A DNA stretch of 64,000 bases. Source: Thermoplasmata archaeon. GTDB lineage: Archaea > Thermoplasmatota > Thermoplasmata > Lutacidiplasmatales > UBA184. Shown piece after piece: positions 37,234 through 47,400 of the stretch. A model generated the notes under the pieces. That model ran no database searches and had not been told where the DNA came from. It saw only the letters and a list, made by a program, of their open reading frames with translations. The stretch's first letter is position 1; the number at the start of each line of letters is the position of its first letter. The DNA lies in NCBI GenBank assembly GCA_028864975.1, contig JAGWLG010000005.1:69515-133514 (forward strand), given 5' to 3'. A program made the position numbers and the translations under genes.

Positions 37234-38235
37234 ATGGCAGCCACCACGATGGCGGCTGAAACTCAGGAGGACCGCTCAGAGGTGACGGAGATCCAGGGGC
37301 CCCAGCAGCTTCCCCCGTTCCGGTTCCCCCTCTGGCGGTTCTTCTCGTGGTTGGTCCGCTGGCTGAAGGTCAAGTTCCCGCCCTTCGGGTTCTGGGCGGG
37401 GATCTTCGCGGTCTTCTACTTCTGGGCCTCCGTATCGTTGGACGCCTATCTCAACCGCTCCTGGTGGATCTACCAGTCCAGCTCATTGAGCGCGCTGGGG
37501 GACCCCGGACCGAACTGCTCGAGCGCCGCCGCCGGGCTCTACTGGTTCTACAACGACGTGGTGATCTTCCCGACCGCGATCCTCTTGATGCTCTTCTCGG
37601 CGGCCCTTGTGATGTACTCGCGGAACCGGGTCCAGTCCACTGGCGCCTCGTTCTTCCTCGTTGCCGGGATCTTCCTCTTCCTCGTGGGGATCTACCACGG
37701 GGAGACCTCCAGCGTCCCCACCTGCGACCCCTCCTATGTGGTGAACACGCCCTACCCGCCGGCGTACCATGATTTCGTGTCGGATTGGTTCTTCATCCAG
37801 GCCCTCTTCTCGATGATCATCTTCGGGTTCGGACTTCTGCTCGAGAGAAGGTACGAGCTCGGTTACACGTTCCTGTCCCTTGCCGTCTTCACTCCGCTCC
37901 TCGTTTTCGGACTGGACCAGAAGAGCGTGGGCCTTGTGGAGCTGGGGGCCGCGGCCTTCTTGTTCCTACTCTTCGACATCATCCCTCTGCTCGCCCTTCT
38001 CGGGGGGGAGGTGCGAGCGCTCGCTTCCGTCCGCCGGTGCTTGGATGGTAGGTTCGCTCTGGGCTACCAATTGGTGCTCCCGGCCCTGCTCCTCCCGCTT
38101 TTCGTCGCCCGTCTGATGCATAGCACCGGGATCTCTGTCGCGGAGAACGAGACGATCGGGATCATCGCCATCGACCTCGTCGCGGCCCTGATGCTCTTCG
38201 CCCGTCGCCCCGCTCGAGACGGTCGAAGGCCATGA
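37234..38235 (+). CDS. Multi-pass membrane protein, DUF998-like
   Basis: WWIYQSSSLSALG, FYNDVVIF, LVGIYH, YHDFVSDWFF; about 7-8 TM segments. Confidence 0.7.
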   Translation: MAATTMAAETQEDRSEVTEIQGPQQLPPFRFPLWRFFSWLVRWLKVKFPPFGFWAGIFAVFYFWASVSLDAYLNRSWWIYQSSSLSALGDPGPNCSSAAAGLYWFYNDVVIFPTAILLMLFSAALVMYSRNRVQSTGASFFLVAGIFLFLVGIYHGETSSVPTCDPSYVVNTPYPPAYHDFVSDWFFIQALFSMIIFGFGLLLERRYELGYTFLSLAVFTPLLVFGLDQKSVGLVELGAAAFLFLLFDIIPLLALLGGEVRALASVRRCLDGRFALGYQLVLPALLLPLFVARLMHSTGISVAENETIGIIAIDLVAALMLFARRPARDGRRP

Positions 38236-40244
38236 CCTTCCTCGAGCTCTTCCGCAAGTACGGCTACTGGACCGGCCCCATCGCGGGCGTCTTCGCCTGG
38301 GTCATCCTGCTGACCCTGGCTGCCCTGAACCCCTGGTGGTCCATCACCTCCCAGGCGTTCAGCTACCTGGGGTCGTCCGGAACGGGACACGTCGATCCCT
38401 GGCTGTACAACGTCGGGATGATGCTGACCGGCGGAATGATCCTCATCTTTGCCTTCTATCTGTTACAAGTTTCGCGCAATCGGACCCAGAAGCTTGGGAG
38501 CGTCCACTTCGTCATCGCGGGCATGCTCCTGGTGGGAATCGGCGTCTGGCATCAAGGCCCCGGTCCTTACCCTCCGGGGACCTCTCAGAGCCTGGGCCAG
38601 GACCTTCACGACCTCTTCTCGGCCTGGTTCTTCCTCCAGGCCCTCCTCGCGGGGCTCACGTGGGGCGTCGGGCTTCGGTTCGAGCGCCGGTTCCCCATCG
38701 GCCTCGGCATGATCACCTCGACGTTCGGAGCGTGGTCGGTCGCGGTCTTCATCGCAGTCGCGTTCGGTCCTCTTTCGGGGTTCTACTCCGCGAAGCCCGT
38801 GATCCCTCACATCGTAGCTGAGGGGGGAATCGTCCTGGGCGCCGTGATCGCCGCCCTCGGCGGGCTCCTGGCGCTCTTCGTGAAGCGCGGGACGCTCCGC
38901 GAAGCTCTGGGCATCTTCGTCCTCCTGATCGGGGCCGTGCTGGCCGGCCTGGGGGCGATGGTCGGGTTCGGTCACGTGCCCGGAGCCGTCGGCGAGGCCA
39001 TCGGCATCCTGGCCATCGATGTCTGGGTCTTCATCATGTATTTCGCGAGGGAGGCGCGGCCCTTCGCTCCAAGCACCGAGCTCCCTCTAGGCACCCTGGC
39101 CCGGGGCGAAACCACGTTGTTCTCCACGCGTCGCTCGCTACTCCACGCGTTCCAAGTGCCCGCGATGGCGCTCGTCCTGACGGGCATGTTCGTCTTCTTC
39201 TACGGGAACTACGACCTGACGCAGAAGCTGGTGGCTCTCCTTCTCGGGACGATCAAGATCTCGACGTTCCTCGCCAAGGATGCCCCGGTCATCCTTGCGC
39301 TCTACCTGGGGGGCTACGCGCTCGTGGTCCTGGGCGCGTGGCGGTGGTCGGTCGCCCTACCGCGCTGGGTCGGTGCCGCCCTCCTCCTCATCGTCATCAC
39401 GTTCCCGCTGGTCACGGTGGCCTCTTGGTTCGATCAGGCCGGGGCGATCGCGCTCTTGACGTTCTTCCTGATCTTCGGAGTTCTAGTCCCCCTCACGCTG
39501 TCGCTCTACTCCTGGTGGCGGTCGCGATATGCCCTGACCGACCGACGGGTCCTGGTTCTTCCCGAAGGCTCAGCCCGCGATCTCTCCTCCTTGCCCCGCG
39601 CGACGATCTCCGGGCTCGCCGTGCGAAGAGGCCTGTTCCATCGCTGGTTCGACGTCGGAGAACTGACGTTCTCCTCACTGGGGGACGGACAGGCTTCGGC
39701 CCGTAGGGTCGGGCATGTCGAGTGGGTAGGCGTCACCGGGCCCCAAGGAATGCTAGAGGCCACCGAACACGAACTCCATCTCGGGGTGGTACGGGCCAGA
39801 CGGAGGAAGCTCCGGCCGACGGTCCTCCTGATGGCGGCTGCGATCGTCGTTCCCGTGGTGCTGGTCGCGACCCTCGTGCCGGCCTTCACCGTGCTCCGAA
39901 GCGTCGAGCTTCCCTGTGCGTTCATCTTCAGCGACCTCCAAGCGCTGGAAAAGGACCCCTGGCCGTACATCCACAATACGACGCTCCCCTATGGCCACGT
40001 CAGCTTCCAATGGTGGAGCGGCTCGGACGTCTACCTGCTCGTGGGACAGCTTCCGGTCGGGATCGCCTACCAGAACGTCCCCCTCAACACGAGCTCGGGA
40101 TCGCTTCCGACCGGACTGACCTCCTCAGGGTACGGGAACTACACCTCGCTCGGGGGAGACTCCTTCGCCGCGTGCATCTCCCTCTCCTCGGGAGCCACGG
40201 TGACGCTCGTGATGTCGTACCAAGCGCCTCTGATCTGGGCCTAG
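38232..40244 (+). CDS. DUF998-like membrane protein fused to a bacterial PH (bPH_2-like) domain and an extracellular C-domain
   Basis: WWSITSQAFSYLG, LYNVGMMLTG, LHDLFSAWFF; RYALTDRRVLV...RRGLFHRWFDVGELTF (bPH_2-like). ATGA overlap with the previous gene. Confidence 0.72.
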   Translation: MTFLELFRKYGYWTGPIAGVFAWVILLTLAALNPWWSITSQAFSYLGSSGTGHVDPWLYNVGMMLTGGMILIFAFYLLQVSRNRTQKLGSVHFVIAGMLLVGIGVWHQGPGPYPPGTSQSLGQDLHDLFSAWFFLQALLAGLTWGVGLRFERRFPIGLGMITSTFGAWSVAVFIAVAFGPLSGFYSAKPVIPHIVAEGGIVLGAVIAALGGLLALFVKRGTLREALGIFVLLIGAVLAGLGAMVGFGHVPGAVGEAIGILAIDVWVFIMYFAREARPFAPSTELPLGTLARGETTLFSTRRSLLHAFQVPAMALVLTGMFVFFYGNYDLTQKLVALLLGTIKISTFLAKDAPVILALYLGGYALVVLGAWRWSVALPRWVGAALLLIVITFPLVTVASWFDQAGAIALLTFFLIFGVLVPLTLSLYSWWRSRYALTDRRVLVLPEGSARDLSSLPRATISGLAVRRGLFHRWFDVGELTFSSLGDGQASARRVGHVEWVGVTGPQGMLEATEHELHLGVVRARRRKLRPTVLLMAAAIVVPVVLVATLVPAFTVLRSVELPCAFIFSDLQALEKDPWPYIHNTTLPYGHVSFQWWSGSDVYLLVGQLPVGIAYQNVPLNTSSGSLPTGLTSSGYGNYTSLGGDSFAACISLSSGATVTLVMSYQAPLIWA

Positions 40245-40346
40245 CTGCGCGCCGGAAGAGCTCGAAAGGTCCCTTCCCCAAACTCCTCCGGACCGCGCCC
40301 CGGATGCGCAAAGCACTTGAGGGGGGCTCGCCGCTCGCAGGACCGA

Positions 40347-40431
40347 GCAGGGGTCGCCTAGCTTGGTCAAAGGCGCCAGATTCAGGGTCTGGTCTCGTAG
40401 GAGTTCGTGGGTTCGAATCCCTCCCCCTGCA
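40347..40431 (+). tRNA. tRNA-Leu(CAG), 85 nt, long variable arm, no intron, CCA not encoded
   Basis: Acceptor GCAGGGG/CCCCTGC plus discriminator A; anticodon stem CCAGA/TCTGG with loop TTCAGGG; T-loop TTCGAAT. Confidence 0.95.
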
Positions 40432-40608
40432 TGCGCCCTTCTTGGACATGGGCTGACCGGGCCTCCGGTGGTCCCAGGTGGATCTCATCCGAGGGTCCAA
40501 GACGGACAGCGGGCCCGGAGATCGTCCTCGGGAACGGTGCCTTCGACCCGGGGAAGCGGTCTCCCTCGGGCGAAGGGCCAATGGACCGTTCAGGCTGGAA
40601 GCGAGGAC

Positions 40609-41583
40609 CTAGTGCTCCACTCGGTCGAGGACCTTGAGCGCGGTGAGCGTGATCATCTTGCTGGGGGCACCCACCTCCTCGAAACGCATCGGCACTGGCG
40701 CCTGCCGAGGGTGGGCATCGATCTACCTCTTGATCGGCCCCTCAACGTCCGGATGGGCCGCATCGAGGACCCACCGCCCGTCGCCCCGTCGCTTCTTCCT
40801 TACCAGGTCGAGGGCGAACTTCAGACGCGGGTCGTCGGTGACCCCTAACGCGGTGAGCACGTCGAGCCCCACCAGCACGTCGTAGTAGTAGTGGGAGGGC
40901 CAGTGGAACCGGTACCACGGCTTGTACCGGTCGCCCTGGAGGTGTAGCTCCCTCTGGAGGAAGAACTCGACTCCGAGCTCGACCGCCCGCTTCATCTCCG
41001 GCGTCCAACGCGAGCGAGGGTAGACCGAGAAGGCGCTCAGAGCCTCCCACGAATCGAGGTTGCGTCCGCGAGAGGGTTGGTCGCTCATGTTCCAGCAGCT
41101 CCAGCCACCCTTGACATCGGCCGTACGGGCGAGCCACTCGAAGGCCTTCCGGACCCTCGGGTCCTCCCCGTAGCCGAATTGCACGAGGGCGCGAGCCATG
41201 TTGCCGGTGTAGCACAGGTGGCCCTTGCCGTTGGAGAATCCCCCTACACCCCCACCGTTCAGTGGTGAGCGTTCCATCCATAGCTCGCAGGATACGCGGA
41301 TGGGTGGGAGGTCGCGAGTCGCGCCCAGGTCCGCCAGGGCGAGCAAGTTCCAGTTCGTTGAGAGGTACTTGGGCGTGTACAAGCTCTTCGAGTGTACCCA
41401 CCATCCTCCGGGCTCCCTCCGCGAGAGGATCTCCGCGGCCCACCCTTGCTCCGGGATCCGCGCTTTCGCCTCTCGGACCTCTCGATCCTTTGCCGATCGG
41501 TGCAGGAGCTCGGTCAGGGCCCGATAGCGGACCGAAGGTTGTGCCGGTTCCAGGAGCCAATCAAGGACCCGCTGGGCGACCAC
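40609..41583 (-). pseudogene. Prenyltransferase/squalene-cyclase-repeat-like (alpha/alpha toroid) protein interrupted by an in-frame TAG at 40723-40725
   Basis: LDWLLEPAQPSVRYRALTELL, YTPKYLSTNW, CYTGNM, HYYYDVLVGL, KKRRGDGRW. After the TAG the same frame continues IDAHPRQAPVPMRFEEVGAPSKMITLTALKVLDRVEH to a TAG at 40609. Confidence 0.75.
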
Positions 41584-42065
41584 CCCACGACGAGCGAGAC
41601 ATGGGTTTAACCTTGGAGGGGATGGTGAAACGGTCCGAGGTCTCGAGCGATGGCCGGGGCCCCTGGTCGGGCCGCGTAAGGTGCTCCGAGAGAGAAGTAG
41701 TCACCTTCAGGGTGTTCCTTGAGGAAAGGTGCATCTGCGGTTTCAAGAACCTGGGTAGGCGTTGCAGGCGAACCCGTTCGTCATTGCATGCCTTCCCCTC
41801 CATCCTGTCTCGTTTGAATGGGCTCTCGCGGGCCTCGTAGAGGGATGCGCCATCCGCAGCGCGCCGCCACGTAGCGGCGGGTCTCGACCGCCTTAGGGTT
41901 CCTTGGCCGTCAGCACCGTGTGCGAGGACACACCGTCCAGGGGTAGGGCCTAGTAGGGGAGGATCGACTGGAAACGCGCCAAGGCAAGGCCGCAGAAGGT
42001 TCCGACCTCATCCCGGTCCGGTCGGGGCGGAGGTTTTACAAGAGCGAACACGCAAAGAGACATGC

Positions 42066-42875
42066 TTGTCGCAGCCCCCACCCTCCGTGCCCGACCCGAC
42101 CAACGGTGGAGACGGAGGGAACTCTTCAGTTCCGTCGTCGGTCCAAACTCGTCTTGTGGCCCTGAACTGCCCCTCCTGCGGCGCCCCCCTGGACCCCCCA
42201 GGCGACACGAATCGCCTCGAGTGCCCCTTCTGTGGGAGGTCGGTCCTCTTGGACGAGTTCGCCGTCCCGGAGGCCCTGAGGACCCCCAGTCTCCCTGACC
42301 TCGACCAGCGACTGTACGAGGCCCAGAGCCTAGGTATGGAGTACTACCTGGCCATCGTGTTCCTCGCCCTGCGGATCGCCCATTACCAGAGCCGGCTTGA
42401 CGCCACGGCGGTCGGTGCGCAGGGAGCTTCGCTGAGCCAGTACGAGCGAGACTGTCTGAAGAGTGAGGTCGCGGGAGCCCTGGATGCGGTGTGGGTGAGG
42501 CAATACCACCTCAACGCCGCGCTCGCGAGAGCATCGCGGGGGGCGACCTCCATGCAGGTCCCCCCGTTCCCCTCGAGCTTTCCCGAAGATGTCTCGCTCA
42601 GGGACAGTTACAGGGCGCTCGCGACCACCGTGGATTTCGTTCGAGGGATCCTGGCGTTCCGTCGCTCGGTGGCCATCCAGCTGAAGCGGGACCCCCGTGC
42701 GATCGACCTGGCGATACGACGGTGCCGGGATGCGTCCTCTACGATTCACGGGCTGATCCAAGGCCTCGAACGCCAACCCTACCGGCCCTCGGTCCCGCTC
42801 GACCAGCTCCCGCTCCTCGAATTCGCAGGACCCTCAACACCTCACGCGGTGCGGCTCACCCCACCGCCACCCTGA
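42066..42875 (+). CDS. Hypothetical protein with an N-terminal zinc ribbon and a helical domain
   Basis: CPSCGAPL...LECPFCG. TTTTACA about 26 nt upstream of the TTG start. Confidence 0.7.
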   Translation: MSQPPPSVPDPTNGGDGGNSSVPSSVQTRLVALNCPSCGAPLDPPGDTNRLECPFCGRSVLLDEFAVPEALRTPSLPDLDQRLYEAQSLGMEYYLAIVFLALRIAHYQSRLDATAVGAQGASLSQYERDCLKSEVAGALDAVWVRQYHLNAALARASRGATSMQVPPFPSSFPEDVSLRDSYRALATTVDFVRGILAFRRSVAIQLKRDPRAIDLAIRRCRDASSTIHGLIQGLERQPYRPSVPLDQLPLLEFAGPSTPHAVRLTPPPP

Positions 42876-42955
42876 GCCCTGGCGAACGAAGGACTTCCGG
42901 GGGGTGGCCTGCGGACCCAGGTCAGCTCCTCCGGCGGCCTTCCTCCCAAACAAGG

Positions 42956-44437
42956 TCAACCCGCATCGGGTTGGCAGAGGGAGAGGAACTCGCACTTCGG
43001 GCACATCCAGCGGGGGCAGAGCGGAAGCCCCCGATGGTCGCTCGACGCGAGCGCGCTTTCCAACTGCTGCGGTAGCGCTCCCAGGTAGGATCGGGTCTCT
43101 TCCAGGACCGGGGGCTCGAACCTCACGTCGAAGACCTGCAGTTTCATCTCGGAGTCGGCGAGCTTCCAGTTCCAGATGTAGACCCTGGCCTCTCCGGCCC
43201 CGAGCAACGAGGCTCGAAGGGCGAGTTGCCGCAGGTCATCGGGCACTCCCCAGTTCCCGGTGAGCTCACGCGAAGAGTTTCCGAGCGCCCGGCCGACGTG
43301 GCGGACCCGGACGAGAAAGGGCTTCCCATCGACGACCGGGACCTTCCACGAGTGGCCGTCCCGGTCGACCGATCGCATCTCGTACCGCGTACCGTGAGCG
43401 CGTCGCACCGCCGAGAAGACCTGCCGCTCGACACCCCGCGTGTTGACCCTGGCGAGGCTCTTCTCGACCCGCTCCTGTTCGGTAGGTCCTGGGGAGGCTG
43501 GCGGCGCTGCCCCCCCGCCGTCCGGCTCGGGAGAGGTCTCGGGCGGTCGACGTGCAGCGAAGTACACCTTTCGCGGAGTGAGGAAGCTTCCCAAGGTCAG
43601 CCGGACCGCTGCGTCCTCCTCGCTTCGTTCGGCCGAACGCTCCGCGGCCCTCTTCTGGAGCAGCTCGAGATACGCGGGGTCCCGCTCGATATCGGCGGAA
43701 CGCGCGATCACCGGCACGAGCTTCTCCCGTCGCCCACAATCGCAGATGCCCGCCTCGCGGTACTTGCACCGAGCGAACCACCAGGGGCACGCGGGAAGGC
43801 GGCTCGCGTCCTTCTTTTCGAACGCCTCGGTGAGAAGGTCCCTCCTCTCCGCCATGGCGCGGCGGACCAGGGCGAGGTCCGAGTAACGGACCTTCCAGGG
43901 CACGAGCAGGCGTGACCTCCCGCTCACGTCATCCCGGTGGACGGCGAGGACGCGCCCCTCCTCGACGCCCATCAGCGCGCAGTACATTCCCAGCTGCTCG
44001 AGATGCTCGTCGGCCGGTCGCTCTTTCTCGGTCCCCACGTTCTTGATCTCGGTCGGCGAGAGGCGGCCGTCGGGCCGCATCTCGCAGGCGTCCAAGCGTG
44101 CGGTCACCCGGTCCAACGGGGGGTCCCCTGGGGCATCCTCTCCGTGCAGCCAGAGCTCCGTGAACTGGACGCCGGCCGCGAGGGCCTCCTCGAGGAGGTC
44201 GTGGGCCCCGCTCCCCGCGATGCGTTTCTGATGCGCGGCCAGGTCCTCCGGCAGGGGATGCGTAAGCTCGTAGTAGGCTCGTCCAGGATTGACGAGACGG
44301 CTCACCGAGACCTGCGTAAGCTCCGCAGGAGGAGGGGAGACCTTCGTGATCTGGTCGCGGACCAGAAGCGCCGCGGTCAGGTTGGGTTCGACCCGGCGGA
44401 CCAGGAGCGAGGCCTCGGGAACCCCTCGGCCGGCCAT
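42956..44437 (-). CDS. Tandem two-domain Cas4/AddB-like PD-(D/E)XK nuclease
   Basis: Domain 1: GSGAH, TARLD, TEIK, EQLGMY, CPWWFARCKYREAGICDC. Domain 2: LTLGSFLTPRKVYF, RQLALR, CPRWMCPKCEFLSLC. Confidence 0.78.
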   Translation of the reverse strand: MAGRGVPEASLLVRRVEPNLTAALLVRDQITKVSPPPAELTQVSVSRLVNPGRAYYELTHPLPEDLAAHQKRIAGSGAHDLLEEALAAGVQFTELWLHGEDAPGDPPLDRVTARLDACEMRPDGRLSPTEIKNVGTEKERPADEHLEQLGMYCALMGVEEGRVLAVHRDDVSGRSRLLVPWKVRYSDLALVRRAMAERRDLLTEAFEKKDASRLPACPWWFARCKYREAGICDCGRREKLVPVIARSADIERDPAYLELLQKRAAERSAERSEEDAAVRLTLGSFLTPRKVYFAARRPPETSPEPDGGGAAPPASPGPTEQERVEKSLARVNTRGVERQVFSAVRRAHGTRYEMRSVDRDGHSWKVPVVDGKPFLVRVRHVGRALGNSSRELTGNWGVPDDLRQLALRASLLGAGEARVYIWNWKLADSEMKLQVFDVRFEPPVLEETRSYLGALPQQLESALASSDHRGLPLCPRWMCPKCEFLSLCQPDAG

Positions 44438-44468
44438 CGTTCCTGGGAGGCGTCCTGAGCGATAAGGC

Positions 44469-47400
44469 TCAACTGACCTTCCCGTCCGCGGAACGTGCTG
44501 CGGCCTCTGCCGCCTCCTGCGCCCGACGTTGCCGTTCGGTCACATACTTCCCCGGTGGTGCGAGGAGGGGTTGCTGGGGTGGTGGCGCCGCCATGGGGGG
44601 CGGGGGAGGCGGCGGTGGAGACGCTGGAGGTGAGGTCGGTGCTACGGGCGGGGGGAACGGAACGGGAGCAAGCTCCATGGGATAGGCCGGCGGAGGCCCC
44701 GGCGGCGTCGACGGGTCGAACGGTGGCATCGCAAAGGGAGCGCCCGCTCCGACGTCATGGTCGGGGACCGGGGAGTTCGGGTCGTACTGGAGCTCGGAAG
44801 GCGTCCCTCCCGCATTGGGGTACCCCGGACTCGCGACCTCATCGGTCCAGTCGAAGGGAGGCGCGGGTTCCTCCCGGGCCCTCTGGCGCCGTGAACGGTA
44901 GAGAGCCCGGTGGACGCCCCAGACGGCCGCCCCCACGAGGAGGAGGATCGAGCTCACGAACTCCAGGACCGGTACGAGCCCGGCGGAGGAGGCGTTCAAG
45001 GGGGAAGTCAGGACGGACCCCAGCCAGAACGCCCCACCCAGTCCCACCCCCGCTCCCGCGAGCAGGGAGAGGGTCGCCACCGCGACGAGGGGTCGGAGCG
45101 GCCGCACCGCTCCCCGCTCGGACTCGGAGAGCGGCCGTTTCCGACGTCGGGCCTTTCGGACCCCCTCCACGATCCCGACCACAAGGGCCAGGACCAGCAG
45201 CAGGACCATCAGATAGAACGCGACCCCGAGTTCGAGCGCGAAGGGCCTCCCGGAGATCGAGAGCACGACCGGTCCCGAGATCGTCGGGGCCCCCGAGCTC
45301 GTCGCCGTGCCGTTGATGATGCTCTGCCCGACGAACGTCGTCGTGCCCCCCACGCTGGTGAGGAGCCCGTTCTGCCAGATCGACCCGGTGATGTTGGCGT
45401 TCGTCGAGAAGGTCACCGTGTCGTCGGGAAGGACCACCGGTCCCTGGATGTTGAGGCCCCCCGTGTCGAGGTTCCCGTTGATCACCATGTACGTCCCGAA
45501 GGAGCTCCCCGCGTTCAGGGCGGCGCTCCCCAGCATCGTCGAGGCCCCCCGGACCCAGGCCGCCCCGTCGACCCCGGTGACCCCCTCGATCCGGCTGCTG
45601 CCGACGACGTAGTACCCGGAGCTGTTGGCGACCACGGACCCATGAGCGATCGTCGCGCCAACCAGCGAGACCGTCCCCGAAAGATGGAACTCTCCCCAGT
45701 GGAGGGAGTAGTTGCCCGCGACCGCGAGGCCCGAGAGCGTCGTGTGCCCTTGGGTCAGGACCGGTCCCTGGAAGTCCGCGACCCCGCTCAGGGTGACGAG
45801 GCCCCGGGAGGAGACCCATCCATCGAGCACCATCGCCCCTCCGATGTCCACCGATGTGGAGGAAAGGACCGCGCTCCCCGAGATGGTCACGCTCCCGGTG
45901 GAGTTGACGTTCCCGATGATGTGTGCCGCGTTCGCGAGCTGGATGTTCCCGTAGAGCTCGAGCAACGTCCCCGGTGAGGTCGTGAGCGTCGAGTCGCCGT
46001 TCACGACGACGGTCCCGGTCATCACCATGGTGCCGGTGATGTAGGAGTTCCCCACCTCCTGGAAGTCGCTCGTCCCGATCGTGAGGACCCCCGCGAGCGA
46101 GATGTTCCCGTTGACCTGGCTCGTCCCGGTGGCGTTGACCGAACCGCCTTGGGCCGAGAGGTCGAACGTGCCGGAGAGCGTCATCCCGGGGAACTGCGCG
46201 AGCCCGCTCGTCGTGACGGCCCCGGTGAAGTCGGTCCCGCCGTGGACCGAGATGTTCCCCTCCGACTCCACCGCGCCATGGACCGAGAGGCCGACCGGGA
46301 ACTTCGCGAGCCCCCAGGTGAACGTGGAGGTCCCGTTCGCGAAGACCGTCCCCTGGGTCATGACCGACCCCACCACGGTGGAGACCGAGCCCATGTCGAT
46401 GGTCCCCGCCATGTGGAAGGCGCCGCCCCCCGTGGTCATGTAGCCGTTCCCCACGATGGTCACCGGCCCGTCAAGGTCCGCGTATCCGGTGATCGCGGAG
46501 GCTCCGTTCTCGGCGAACGTCCCCGCCCCGACGGAGAGGAGCCCGTCCATCGAGACGTTCCCGACGACCCAGCTCGTGCCGGTCTCGTTGATGGTCCCCG
46601 GCGAAGGAAGGGAGAAGGTCCCCACCAGCGTGGCCCCGGGGAACCGCGAGGTGCCGCTCGTGGCGACCGAACCGTCGAAAAGTTCGCTGCCGAGCACCGT
46701 CACGTTCCCCTGGGTCTCGACGATCCCATGGACGCTCAGTCCGGGCGGGAAGGAGGCGACTCCTCCGTTGAACGTCGAGGTGCCGTTGGTGTAGATCGTC
46801 CCCAGGGTCATCGCGCGCCCGACGACCTGCGAGGTGAAGGTCCCCGAGCGGGCCCCCATCTCGATGGTTCCGAACAGGTGGAGCGCACCCGTGGGGCCGG
46901 TCCAGATCTCGGAGTCCCCGGAGAGGCTCACCGATCCGGTGATGTCCAGGTTCCCAGCGATGTCCGAGGCGCCGTTCTCCTGGAAGAGCCCTACTCCGAT
47001 CGACAGGACCCCGACCAGGCTCACGTTCCCCGAGACCCAGGAGGTCCCGGTGGACGAGACCGTCCCGGGGGCGGCGAGCGTGAAGTCGCCCACCAGCACG
47101 GAACCGGGGAAACGCGAGACCCCGGTGGTGGCCAGGGCGCCATCGAAGACGGAGTTGCCAAGGACCGTGACATTGCCCACGGTCCACGCGGTCCCATGGA
47201 CCGTGAGCCCCGGAGGGAAGGCGACCTGCGAGGAGCTGAACGAGGCACTGCCGTTGGAGAACGAGGTCCCCTGGGTGTAGGTGTCGCCAACGACCTTGGA
47301 GGTCCAGCCACCGGAGGCCGTGACCCCCATCTCGACGGTGTGCGTAAGATGGAACCACGCCCCGGGGGCGGTCGTGATGACCGAGGTCCCGTTGACGGCG

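Noticed and set aside
40407-40423. U-U mismatch in the tRNA T-stem (GTGGG/CCCTC) as a sign of a pseudo-tRNA or editing
   Set aside because: A single mismatch with all other arms intact is tolerated in functional tRNAs.
40400-40431. attL/attR duplication of the tRNA 3' end
   Set aside because: No second copy noticed by eye and no integrase present. An exact search was not run.
40723-40725. Genome-wide TAG recoding
   Set aside because: TAG is the evident terminal stop of many genes here (759, 8038, 9167 with TAGATG coupling, 13845, 24108, 40244, 54025, 60946).
42956-44437. CRISPR-Cas locus
   Set aside because: No repeat-spacer array and no cas1, cas2 or effector genes were seen in the window.
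44690-44710. PPxY and PSAP viral late-domain-like motifs in cytoplasmic tails (also about 7466)
   Set aside because: Expected by chance in Pro-rich sequence; there is no evidence for ESCRT or WW partners here.
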